NCBI GenBank assembly: GCA_904063045.1
Contig: CAJFCJ010000005.1
Span: 4,059,689 to 4,123,688, forward strand
Direction of reading: 5' to 3'
DNA from: Dimorphilus gyrociliatus
Lineage: Eukaryota; Animalia; Annelida
DNA length: 64,000 bases
Both the position numbers and the translations under genes were made by a program. Positions 12,911 through 23,984 of the stretch are shown piece by piece. The stretch's first letter is position 1. Every line of letters begins with the position of its first letter. Under the pieces are notes generated by a model. The model did not search any database, was not told the DNA's origin, and saw only the letters and a program-made list of their open reading frames with translations.

Positions 12911-15802
12911 ATGGAGAGATGGAACGAGGAAAAGGCAGGAATATATTCCTTTTCCTCAAAAATGAAAACCAGCTTTAAAAGCTTTTTCAGAAATTCGATA
13001 TTCTAAACTATTGGACGCACTAGCTCTGAAAAACTAAACTTTTTTCTTTGCTTTCTCTCTATTTTCTATCTCAATCTCAATCCCCTTAGTATAATCTCTC
13101 TTTTAATCTTATCTTTTCACTCTTCTCTTTCTACTTCTGAAAAAGTTCATTACTCCTAATCAATTTTTCGATACTCTATTTTCAACTTTTACAGTCTTTA
13201 CACTGCGATTTAAATAGATTATTACCCTGCAGCAGACTCCCAACTTTGCAACAGATTGCCATTTTACTGTTACCCATACAATATAGACCTAAACTTCTTT
13301 TTCGGTAATAGTCTAACAAAGTAATCCTACCAAAAAGCGGAAAGAGCTAAAAGACGATTATCCAGCTTCGTCCGTAATTTTATTGTCCAATCTGCAACCG
13401 TACAATACTCTCAGTCAGTTGCTGTCTAGACAAGAAATTTGCCCCAGTGAAGACTAGAAAAGTCTGCAATCTCGATATTTCTCTAGGCCCACGTAACCTA
13501 ATGAATTTTATTGACGACTAGACCGTAAATGAATTGGTATTTAATCTACAATTTCCTTAAACTTAGTTATTTCCGCGTCCAGCATCATTTACATATTTTC
13601 ACAGGTTCATCGCTCTGCGGTGAGCACTGCCATCTATTGCTTGATATGTTTGATATTATATCTTTATACCGATAAGAAAACTACGTAGCCTAAAACTATA
13701 TTTTTCTATAAAAAAGAGAGTCCGTGGGTGGTTGAGAATCACAAAATATAAATAAAAAGACTAAAATGAAACGTGAAAAGAAGCTGATGTTTCTTTTTCA
13801 GAGTGAAATAGTCTAGCAGAAGCTGCAAACGATACACATAAAAACTATTTATAAGTTAACTATATCAAACTATCGAACAACCAAAGCACGTGTGAATAAT
13901 TTTGCACTTCCATGCATATAAATCTATTTTTTAACGATAACTGAAATAAATTATTAGAAGGTGTATACATAGAATGTTACAATCTTCCCTCTATCTCTCT
14001 CTCTCTCACACTTTCCTCCGTTCTCTATATCTCTTTATCATACAGAAGAATTTTTCCTCGCATTCTATCAAGAACTAGTAGTAAGGAAGCTAAAGAGAAA
14101 TTCGAGACAACTTAAGCAACATGCATCCAAAGAATTAGATAAGAAACGAATTATTAATTGAAAATAAGGATTTATTTCATAATTTCACAAAATAGGAATG
14201 ATGAAGAATGATAATAAGAAAGACAGAATGATAGAAATAAGGAAGAAAACTGTTAAAAGAAATACTTGAGTTTGATATCGTTACCTCCTATTAACTATTT
14301 TGCAGTTGGCATCAAGACGATCAGATATATACTGCATATTATATATGATATTAATTGCATGGAAGAAACATTATACTGCATTTATATCTATAAATGCTAT
14401 AGGATATATCATTTTATGTAACTTTTTCTCGTATTTTATACAATTATTTTAAGGTTAATTAGGGAATCTTTAAGCTTTCTTTTTTTGTACTGGAATTTTC
14501 CAGAGGCATTGGAACTGTAGTACAAGATACTTATAAGTCTTTGCGGATAACTTACACTACTGGAAGATCTAGTTTATTCTCTATGTAAAAGTGTTGAAAG
14601 TAATCTTCAAACGTTTGCTTCATTTGCCTTTTGAAGACGGAGGCAAAGAGAGAGAGAGACGGAGAGAGATTTTATAGCTGATAGATCACTTAATTTTCAT
14701 TTTTATCTTGAATTGTTAAGTTCTTATAAAAGAATTCTTTCTTCCTAATCTATTCTTACGAGTTTCTGACTTCCCTTTCCGTTTTCTCTATCCCTTTTTT
14801 TTGCTGATTGAATCTCTCTAATCAAAGTCAATTATAAAAATGATTGATTACCCGGTTGATTTAATAGATATTCTACTATAATATTGTTTAATTAATATTG
14901 ATATTATAAATTAAATCATTTTCATATTTTGCCGTATAGTTAGTTGAATTAAAGGATATAACGTAAAAGTTTATCTTTCTCTACCCTATCAAATGACCTT
15001 AACCTTTTACATTAAACTGGTATATGCTGTAATTTGTAGTTCTGATAAATTACTTAATTTTTTACCTTTCCTCTAACTTCTTTTCTCGTTGAAGATTTTC
15101 TTTACGCTTTTGAAACTATTAGTTAGCTTCACGGAAAGTAGACTAGGGACATTTTTCGCACCTGATCCATTTATATACAGTATAGTATTTATATTCTAAA
15201 TTTTCAGAGTAAGACCTCCATCTCAAAGAGAAAAGAACATAGAACATTTTCACCTTTAAATTACAAACTAATTTAGCGTTTTAAGTGTTTGTCCTTTTAC
15301 TTTACATTCAACAAATCAGTCAGTCTATTCCATATACAATTTGGATTTTATTATTGTTAATCACGTGGGCAAAAATGTCAAATGCTAAAACGGTACAAAT
15401 GTTCTAAATTATTTTCTCTCTTTCGTCTATTGAACAATAAAAAAATGTTAAGATAAGGAAAAGCGAGCAAACAAGGGAAAAAGGCGACTAGTTTTAAAAA
15501 GTTTAGTTGCATTTGGGAGAATTTATCAACGTTGACCATTTGGGTACATTCAATCATTAGGCAAATAACCTAAAATCCCAATAGTAAGGGATTAAATAAA
15601 TTTATGCAATAGAAAGGTTGAAAAGTAGCTAAAGGAAAATATTCTCCTCTTGTCTTTTTGTCTTTAGCGCACGCAAACATACTCTCTGTCTTTCTCTCTC
15701 TCTCTCCCCCCCCCCCTCTCTCTCTCTCCTCTCACGCTGCCGTTGCTATCAATTTAACAATATTTTTAATTAGAATATACTTCTTCCTGTAAAGTATTTT
15801 CT

Positions 15803-16050
15803 TTTACTGCTAGAAAATTGATAAGAAAAAATAATTAAACATTTAGATAGGTAATGGAAAATTGCAGTAGAAAAATAAAATTACAGTTTTTAGACGATGA
15901 ATGTGTTTGTAATTTTAGTTTTTCGGCATGTTAGTTTATCTTCCATTTCTTTGAGTTTCCTTCTACTATTCAACTATCAAAGCATTCAACTACCACTGTT
16001 TTATTGGGTATTGTATACCACTTTAATCCAATACTCTTTCTTCGAATAGG
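15803..16050. repeat. Degenerate direct repeat, copy 2
   Basis: Same three collinear blocks as 12686-12910, in the same orientation. Confidence 0.55.
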
Positions 16051-16775
16051 GGAAGATTGAAGAAATAGAATACATTTACTTTCAACTTCAAACGTATCTA
16101 GGACTACTTCCAATGCTAGTCAATAAATAAATTAACGTCTTGGAAGGGCTAATCATTATTTATTTCTAGTATATATAGGCTTATATTTTTTTGTTTTTGC
16201 ATGTTTATTATCTAAGATTGTTGAGCATACGACGCCATCTATAATATAAAATTACTATTCTTTCCGCCCAACAGACTTCGCAAATTGATAAACTTTCAAT
16301 TTATCTAAATTCCAAGAAGAGAATGAATAAATAAGAATTACCCAAAAAATATAAAAAACACTATTATTACATCAGTTTCATCCCATCTCTTTCATTTTTT
16401 AGATTGTACCAATGTTTAACCAAATCCCTTGACTCCATAGTTTACAATTAAAAGGGAAAATATTTCCCCATTAAGGGATGAAATTGAGACTATCAACTTT
16501 CAAGTAAAAACTCCTTTATAAATATATAAAAACGAGAGAATCTATCCTGTGTATAGTGTACAATTTTCTGTATATATGGAAGGTAGTTTAACAAGTAATC
16601 TAAGATAAAATGATAGACAATAAGGTGACCTTTGGACAAGAAATGGAAAAGATTAAATTTTTAATCATGCTTATAAGCATTTGGTAGGAATCTCACGATT
16701 TGATAAAGATTGATAAAACAACAACTATAAAAGACACAAGTAATTGTTTATCTATTCAGAAATTTTCGCTACAAC

Positions 16776-17316
16776 ATGTCATCAATTTTCTTGTTGTTTC
16801 TGATAATTGGAACTGCTAGCGCAGTATTTACAAACAATTGTATGAAATGTATTTGCGAGGTGATTAACCTTAGTCTTTTCTTTCCTTGCAAATCTATTCT
16901 CTTTGATTCTTGCTTTTTATTATTGCTTAGGTTGAAGGTTGTGAGAGTCAAATTGGAAAATGTAGGTGGGACGTAAATTCGGATTCCTGCGGACCTTATC
17001 AAATAAAAGAAGGTTATTGGACTGATTGCGGCAGACCCGGAGGCGGTATGCTACTTTGGCTATTATAAATTAAGTAATTTAATGGCGTATATACTTTACA
17101 TTAGGCTGGAGGGTTTGCACAAAACAAATGGCTTGTTCAGAAACTTGCGTAAAAGGATATATGAATCGCTACGGAAAGTTTTGCACCAGAGGTCGTGAAC
17201 CAGTTTGCAAAGATTACGCTATGATTCATAACGGAGGACCAACTGGTTGTAGAAAAAATTTGATTAACTACTGGAATAAGGTGCAAGCTTGTTGCAACCG
17301 TGTTGGAGGTTGTTAA
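16776..17316 (+). CDS. Invertebrate-type (i-type) lysozyme, destabilase family, secreted
   Basis: Exons 16776-16859, 16931-17045 and 17105-17316 give MSSIFLLFLIIGTASA-VFTNNCMKCICEVEGCESQIGKCRWDVNSDSCGPYQIKEGYWTDCGRPGGGWRVCTKQMACSETCVKGYMNRYG...IHNGGPTGC...YWNKVQACC. Family motifs CICxVEGC, SCGPYQIK, YWxDC and HNGGP are present, and the muramidase Glu and Asp (12 residues apart) are retained. Confidence 0.96.
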
Positions 17317-17423
17317 GCCGTAACAAACGACGAAGAGTATGTGATAAAAAGAGAGAGGAAGAGATGAATAAGTTAGATAGAGTAAGAGTGAAAAAGAAAT
17401 AATACATATTTAAAAAGTGCTGT

Positions 17424-17444
17424 TTTATTTCAATAAAATTTATT
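17424..17444. terminator. Interleaved convergent polyadenylation signals of the lysozyme (+) and GT92 (-) genes
   Basis: AATAAA on + at 17432-17437; TTTATT (AATAAA on -) at 17424-17429 and 17439-17444. Confidence 0.5.
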
Positions 17445-17452
17445 GATATATT

Positions 17453-18847
17453 TTAGTTTAACTTGTAAAATTCTTGGTATTTTCGCATCTCTCTATCGAA
17501 TCTTGCAGTTAAATCTGATTTGAAAGGAAGTAAAGCATCATCCAATTCAAAATATTCAAGCTCCTCGCCGCAAGTTTTCCACTTTCGGTAGTGAGCTATA
17601 TGAGCCAAATGGAGCTTTACTTTTGGGAACTCTTTCTGACTCTTTTCGTTATACCATACACAAAAATGGTTGCCAATATATGGACAATTTGAAGTAGTTA
17701 TAAACGATTTGGGGTTATCGAGAACTGAAGCAGATGATATATTTTGCCTATATCTATGCTGAAAAATAAAATATTTATCGTCTACTTTCATATTACAACT
17801 GACATCGTATCTTAATTTGCAAAGTTCCACTTGAACTAATCCTGGTTTTTCATAGCTCTGAATGAGCTCGTGAAAACTTGAAAAATGTGACGAATTCATG
17901 ATAATATGCTCATCGAAATCGAGTGATAAAACATATTTTGAGCGAAGATGATTCATAATAAAACATTCATTTAGAGCCATTGGCATAAACGCCTTTATTA
18001 AATAAGGCTTACGGCTAGGCTTTAATTTATTCTGCCTTGAATCAATTGAGACCTTGAAAGGTAATTCCATTTTATTAATAAAGACAACATTTTGCTGTTC
18101 GTAATACTTGAAAACTTTGAGAACATTGTCAGGAACTCTCCAAATAGTTATATCAATTGTTCTAACACCGAAGAATCTCAGAAATTCGAACCATTCAATT
18201 AGTTGTTTTGTATCGAAAGAACCATATGTAATTGGTACGCATACTGATATAACTTCATTACCTGGTTGAGGTTTTTCAATAGTGAGTTCTGCCACTTCCT
18301 TCTCCTTTCGAATTTTTATTCGGTTTGGTACTATTTGAACATTTATTGGGCAATGAATAACGTATTCTTGGAGGCCCGTAAAAGGATACCTATACGCTTC
18401 GTTAGTCCACAAGACCACCGCCTCAACCTCCTTCGCATTCCCATACTTACAAAAGATGGATCCTATAGACTTCACCCTCCTCACATTACTAAGAACATAG
18501 AGCGTTACGCAAGGGCTTTGCCAATTTTCAAATTTTCTACTATCGTATATTGCTCTGTGAACGTATAAACTGGTACCTTGAGAATAGAATATATGCCATT
18601 CAGCAGACTTTAATGGAAGAGAGCTGCGATTACTCGACTTTTCGTGAAGTTTAGGCAAGATATATGTTCTCTGAGAGAACCAGTAGTCCGATTGAAGAAC
18701 AAAATAAAGAAACAATAAAAGTAAAACAGTAATTAGCCTGATTATTGTAAATCTAGGAAAATTCATTGTACATAAACAGATTCTGAACGTAGTCGATCTG
18801 AAACATGTGTCACATCTTAATTCTCTATATCTGAAACGTGTGTACAT
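17453..18847 (-). CDS. Glycosyltransferase family 92 (DUF23) type II membrane protein, intronless, copy 1
   Basis: 464-aa ORF with an N-terminal TM (likely start MNFPRF at 18766), ISVCVPITYG, LIEWFEF, ALNEC, LSLDFDEHI (DxD), NPKSF and AHIAHYR. Confidence 0.85.
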   Translation of the reverse strand: MYTRFRYRELRCDTCFRSTTFRICLCTMNFPRFTIIRLITVLLLLFLYFVLQSDYWFSQRTYILPKLHEKSSNRSSLPLKSAEWHIFYSQGTSLYVHRAIYDSRKFENWQSPCVTLYVLSNVRRVKSIGSIFCKYGNAKEVEAVVLWTNEAYRYPFTGLQEYVIHCPINVQIVPNRIKIRKEKEVAELTIEKPQPGNEVISVCVPITYGSFDTKQLIEWFEFLRFFGVRTIDITIWRVPDNVLKVFKYYEQQNVVFINKMELPFKVSIDSRQNKLKPSRKPYLIKAFMPMALNECFIMNHLRSKYVLSLDFDEHIIMNSSHFSSFHELIQSYEKPGLVQVELCKLRYDVSCNMKVDDKYFIFQHRYRQNISSASVLDNPKSFITTSNCPYIGNHFCVWYNEKSQKEFPKVKLHLAHIAHYRKWKTCGEELEYFELDDALLPFKSDLTARFDREMRKYQEFYKLN

Positions 18848-19343
18848 ATCTGACGGAAAAAAATCGAAGAAGAATCTAAATTTGAAGAAATTTATAGCCT
18901 AATATGAATACTGATTATGTTCTTACATGGGAGACTACATTATAGACATCAACAGTTTCGTAGCAGGTTTTTTGCTACATTCTATCAAATATATGACTTC
19001 AAGTTTTGTCTTTATGATACTTGAATCAATACTCTGCCCATTATATTTTATACATAGATGATTCCCAGAGACTAACTGCATATGTTGCCCAATTGAAAGA
19101 ATATACCTCTTTCAATTCCAGTTTAAAATGGTCGCTACTTCAATTTTTGGCTTTTTCTATACTCTTTCTTTTCTATCCAACTTTTAATTGATTAGACAAT
19201 TTTATTCATAATATTTAAATGTATTGCATATATTGGTGTATAAACATATATATAGTTTTATAAAAAAACTCCTTCCCCGTCCATAAAGAGTATATATAAA
19301 TTGTCTACAATATATTTCATTATAAGTGAATTTTATCATTTTG

Positions 19344-20696
19344 TCAATTTTTGTTAATTAAAAGTCCCAGCTTTTCTTTTGCTTTATTAAAATTTTCAAC
19401 TAAAAATGGTTCAATCTCCGTTAAAGTTGTGTCCATTGCGTATCTGGCAACCTTTTTTAAACAATAAACATGTTTTCTAAAATGAGCTATAAATGCATGA
19501 CTTGTTGGCACTCTTAAATAATGCTTTTGAAAACGTTCATTTCTCCACATACAGTAATGATTTCCTATAAACGGACAGTTACTTGTACTCATAAATGACT
19601 TTGGATTGTCATTATATGTCATTACTGAAAAGTCTTCTCTAAATTTATGAGAGATTATAAAATGAGGACTTGATAGTTTGCGTCCGCAAGTGACGTCAAA
19701 TTTTATCTTTCCGGTTTGTACTTGAACAGTTGATGTTTTTTTGTTACCAACATAACTGTCGACAAGTTCAATGAAACTTGGAAAAACCGATATATTTAGG
19801 TAGATAAATTCATCGAAATCTAGTGATAGAATATATCTAGATCTTAATGCATTCATCGTTAAGCATTCGTGCAAAGCAATAGGCACAAATGCTTTTAAAA
19901 ATTTTGGTTTGCTACTAGGAAGACGCTCGTTATCCGGCTCGTAAAGGTCTATTTTGAATGGAATTTCCATCTTATTCACCAGGAGAAAGCCTTGTTTTTC
20001 ATAATAGTCAAAAATTTGGCTAACACTACTTGGTACTTCCCACATAGCAATTTCAACCATACTAACACCGAAAAATTTCAGATATTCAAACCATTCAATA
20101 AGCATTCCCGCATCGAATGAACCATAGACTAGTGGTACGCAAACGGTTATAGCCTCATTACCAGGATAGGGTCTCTCAATTTTTAAAATTGCAGAATCAA
20201 CACCTCGACTAACAGTAATAAATGTGGGTATAGGATAAATATCATCAACTGGACATTGAATTGCAAACTCTTGCAAATTAGTAAGCTTATAACGGAAACC
20301 GGAAACAGGAAATATAACTTTAGCGGTTCTGCTGACAGTTTTGTTGGAAATGGTGTACGAACATATGATTGTTCCTAAATCCGAATGTCTTTGAGTATTA
20401 CTTAAAACCATTAAGGTAACAGCCGGTGTTTGCCATCGTGAAAAATTTCTTGAATCATATATAGCTCTATGAATGTAAATAACATTGCTGTGATTCCTCC
20501 AAATGTGCCATTCGCCGCTGTCTTTCGGTTCGATCTTGTATTCATAGCCTTCATGAGATTCAAAGTTGAAGTAGGTTAACGCTTGATTTCCATATTTTGT
20601 ATATCTTTCTAGAGCAGTAAATTTCATACAAATAATTATCAGAAATAGCAGAGTCAAAACTAAGATTATTCTATGACTTAGTCTCCTAACCGGCAT
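19344..20696 (-). CDS. Glycosyltransferase family 92 (DUF23) type II membrane protein, intronless, copy 2
   Basis: 450-aa ORF with an N-terminal TM, ITVCVPLVYG, LIEWFEY, ALHEC, LSLDFDEFI, NPKSF and AFIAHFR; a collinear paralog of 17453-18847. Confidence 0.85.
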   Translation of the reverse strand: MPVRRLSHRIILVLTLLFLIIICMKFTALERYTKYGNQALTYFNFESHEGYEYKIEPKDSGEWHIWRNHSNVIYIHRAIYDSRNFSRWQTPAVTLMVLSNTQRHSDLGTIICSYTISNKTVSRTAKVIFPVSGFRYKLTNLQEFAIQCPVDDIYPIPTFITVSRGVDSAILKIERPYPGNEAITVCVPLVYGSFDAGMLIEWFEYLKFFGVSMVEIAMWEVPSSVSQIFDYYEKQGFLLVNKMEIPFKIDLYEPDNERLPSSKPKFLKAFVPIALHECLTMNALRSRYILSLDFDEFIYLNISVFPSFIELVDSYVGNKKTSTVQVQTGKIKFDVTCGRKLSSPHFIISHKFREDFSVMTYNDNPKSFMSTSNCPFIGNHYCMWRNERFQKHYLRVPTSHAFIAHFRKHVYCLKKVARYAMDTTLTEIEPFLVENFNKAKEKLGLLINKN

Positions 20697-20993
20697 GTTA
20701 AAAGACCAGTAAGATTAAAAGTTTTTGAACAGCTCCTCAGGTGCCACCTATACGGCAGTCAAACTTCTAATAGCTTATCTACGAAATGGTACTCTGCGAC
20801 ACATGTTATTGATTATTAAATCTTGCTACAATTAGTTTTTAATTTTAGCACCATTCAGAACGTCACAAATAAATTAAGATTAAGGATTTTGCAATAAAGT
20901 ATAGTCAATCATTTTTAATCGACGTTTAGAGTTTTATTTAAACAAGAAAAAATAACAGTCTGAAGTCAAATCATTACCATTAGTATTGTTCTG

Positions 20994-21677
20994 TTAACTT
21001 GTCAAAATCTCTTTCTTCATTCTTAATCTTTCAGGTTCAGTTGGTAAATCATATGCTACAAAGTTGCCCACAGAAAAGTAGAATAAGTTTTCATCCAAAT
21101 TAATGTTATTTTTCAAAATAAACTTTTTTATGTCTTGTTTAGATCGAAATTTTATTTCCTTATCATTTTTTTGATAGAAATAATAAACATCAGCAATTCT
21201 TTTAGTTATGATATAGGATCCTAACGATCTTGGAACAACTTCACGTCTCCATCCTTCCGGAGTTTCAGCTGGTAGCCAATCTGCACGTTGTGAAATTTCT
21301 AATTTTTTGGCCATGCTTCCTTTATACCTAGATGATTTATAAGGTTTTTTCGTTGTCTTGTTTGATGCATCTTTTGGAGATTTATTTTGTTTTTTTGTCT
21401 CTGTTTTCGACACTTTTGTCACTTTTTTGTTAGTTACACGTGGAACCTTCTTAGTTGTTTTTAACTTTATTCTTAACGGGGTCCTTGGTTTTTTTTTCAA
21501 TAATACAGAAGCATTCGAAGATGGCGAAGGACGCTTTTTAGTTGACATTTTCCTTTTTCTTTTATCGATTACGTCTTCATCATAAGTAGAGGGTGGCGGC
21601 GGCGGAGGACTTTTTAGGCGTGTGGAGTGAACTCTTTTAGGCGGCCCGTTTCTTGTTGATTTTCTAGCTACGTTCAT
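20994..21677 (-). CDS. Methyl-CpG-binding domain (MBD) protein with a Lys-rich N-terminal region; single exon; no glycosylase domain seen
   Basis: C-terminal PEGWRREVVPRSLG...ADVYYFY...KFRSKQDIKKF is the MBD signature. The first in-frame ATG after upstream stops is at 21677 (MNVARKST...); the ORF track starts at a TTG. Confidence 0.8.
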   Translation of the reverse strand: MNVARKSTRNGPPKRVHSTRLKSPPPPPPSTYDEDVIDKRKRKMSTKKRPSPSSNASVLLKKKPRTPLRIKLKTTKKVPRVTNKKVTKVSKTETKKQNKSPKDASNKTTKKPYKSSRYKGSMAKKLEISQRADWLPAETPEGWRREVVPRSLGSYIITKRIADVYYFYQKNDKEIKFRSKQDIKKFILKNNINLDENLFYFSVGNFVAYDLPTEPERLRMKKEILTS

Positions 21678-22272
21678 ATATTCTTGTTGATGAACACCAT
21701 TCAAATTCTGGTTTGGCAGAAGAAACGTCAATAATCTAGTATGTCTATGAATCGATTATTACCTTATCATGTTCTTTAAATTTTTGACTAGGCTTCTGTA
21801 ACAAATATTTGAAAAAAATTATACGATGATTATATGAAAGTAATATCAAATTATTTTTATAACTTTTAGAATGCCTTTAAGAGGTTTTTTAGCAGAGTGT
21901 TCCACAGAGCTTTCTCCCGATTTTGTGCTTCTTAAGTTTTCTTCTTAAAAAATGTAAAAAATGATTTATTTGAACTCTCTTTAAAGTGCATGTTTAAGGT
22001 GTAGTTATACCTGACATCTTTGTAGAAAAGTTCTTTATGTTAGCAATTTATTTCACGTTCCTCTTTGAAAAAACAATATCTAATTCAAAAGCCTGGATAG
22101 AAGCAAGAATGTTTCGTTACGAAATGAGCTTCCGGTGAAGTTTCAATGTCAAGGCCAAAAGTAACATGGCCTTGCGAACTTTAGATTTTTCTATTCGCAA
22201 TCTGCGACCGTTATCCCAATGTTTCATAAAACTTTCTATTACAAATTATCATTTAACTAGAAATTTTCGAAT

Positions 22273-23563
22273 ATGTGCGGTATGTTCTTCAAGTTTAAAT
22301 TAATAATTTTTTCCGATTGTAGTTTTCATATTTTATGAGCGATATTAAGCAACACCCTTATTTTCTGCAATACCTGTCATACAGATTCCTTTCTCAAACA
22401 ATGCAATTCAAAGCAAAAACTATTCAACGGACGTTATCGCTCCAAAGAGTTTGTTAACTAAAATAAAAAGCAAACTTAGAATAAAAAAGTTAAAGTATAA
22501 CCAAGGTGTTAGTATACATATATTTGGTAAAACATAAACTTATTAAAAAATTATTTCTTTATTACAATTAAAGATTTTAAGGAAATCTGCCCTTAGATTA
22601 TATTTATGTTGTGCTGAAATAGTCGATTATGATGAATTTATAAAAGGTAAATGTATTGAATTAATTCAAATCAAATTTGTTAATGGAAGAGACAATTGAG
22701 GTCAAAATTAGATCTCTTCATCAAAAAAAAAAGATTGAAGATTCCAAACTATACAGATACAATATTTTCATTTTATTTCAGAACTAAGTCTACCTGATAC
22801 CTTTAATTCATGGTTTAGAATCAGTGAACTGCATATGTGGTTGGTTATATAATGGAAGTCTTTAAAATTGATTCCAAAGGCGCTTTTTTTTTGACAGGCT
22901 ATGTACTGTACGACTGGCCTCTGAGGGTCCTGAGGGTAAATTCATTAGGAATGAAATGCTAAAAGCACTATGGGTTGACGCCAAGAAAAGAGGGAAAAAG
23001 CTCGGGGTAAATGACTAATTTGACTCATCTTTTGATAATCAACTGACATTATGTATTGTACAAAAACTATAGGGAACCGGTTATTATGAAACAGCTGAAA
23101 GCATTGATATTCTTTGCGGTCAACTTAAATTCGCTTTTGTTGCTTATGATGAAGTATATATTTCTCCTAGTAAATATAAAATAATGACCGCCCTTTTAAT
23201 TTTGATACCAATTCCCTGTAGGGCCTTTTATCGGATGATAAAACATTAGCTGGTGCTGTTTGGAGGAATTTCTTTGAAATGAAAAGTGAAGATGCCACGA
23301 AAATAGATAAACTTGTAGAATTTATTAGAAAACAAGTAATTAACTTTGACATAATTGTTGTAATTTATTAAGGAAATTTGTTCTTTTTATACTTCTTGTT
23401 TAATTCTGACTACATTTTTCTTTGCTAGATTATTTATTTAGAAAAGCAGGATTCTTCAATTATCCTCCCCACTGGCTTAATGACATTTCTGCCTTTAAAG
23501 GGTCATGCTGAAGACGAAGCCCGAACTAAAGCCATCTTAAAAGAAATTCTTAGCAGAACCTAA
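22273..23563 (+). CDS. UQCC1: Ubiquinol-cytochrome c reductase complex assembly factor 1 (CBP3 family)
   Basis: Short exons missed by the ORF track encode ILRKSALRLYLCCAEIVDYDEF, LPDTFNSWFRISELHMWLCTVRLASEG, ALWVDAKKRG, AFVAYDEGLLSDDKTLAGAVWRNFF and LVEFIRKQIIYLE; TAA at 23561-23563. The start (ATG 22273, phase-1 intron 22280-22349) is less certain. Confidence 0.9.
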
Positions 23564-23984
23564 GGTTATGCATATATAGTTTGTTATATATATTCTATTT
23601 CTTTATATAATAAATAAACACAATTTTGATTAGCCATCTTTTTTTCGGCATTTTAGTTTTATTTGTTTCTTTCAATTTTTAATTGTATAAATGAAAATCT
23701 AACAAGAAATTATGATATATTCAAGTTATTTAAATTAATTTCGTTATCCCCACTCTCATTTCCTGCATAAAATCAATTATAAAAATGACAAATGCTCTTT
23801 GAAGCCCTTACAAAATCTTTAATTACGTAATTTAAAGCTAATTTTGCACACGAAACAGACAGTTTTCAGCTTGTTGGCACGATGTATAATCAAAATAGTA
23901 ATTACAAAGAAAAAAAATCGTATTTCCTTTGTATTGAATAGAAGTATACGTAAATTAATTTATTAATCCGAGCTCTATCCTCTT

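Noticed and set aside
14520-14640. LYVKVLKVIFKRL resembling a LINE reverse-transcriptase segment; similar faint hints near 16420-16500, 39414-39629 and 41130-41260
   Set aside because: Too short and degenerate to call without a profile search.
20846-20866. TAGCACCATTC resembling the start of miR-29/miR-285
   Set aside because: No hairpin partner, the 3' half does not match, and as a target site it lies beyond the likely MBD poly(A) signal at ~20935.
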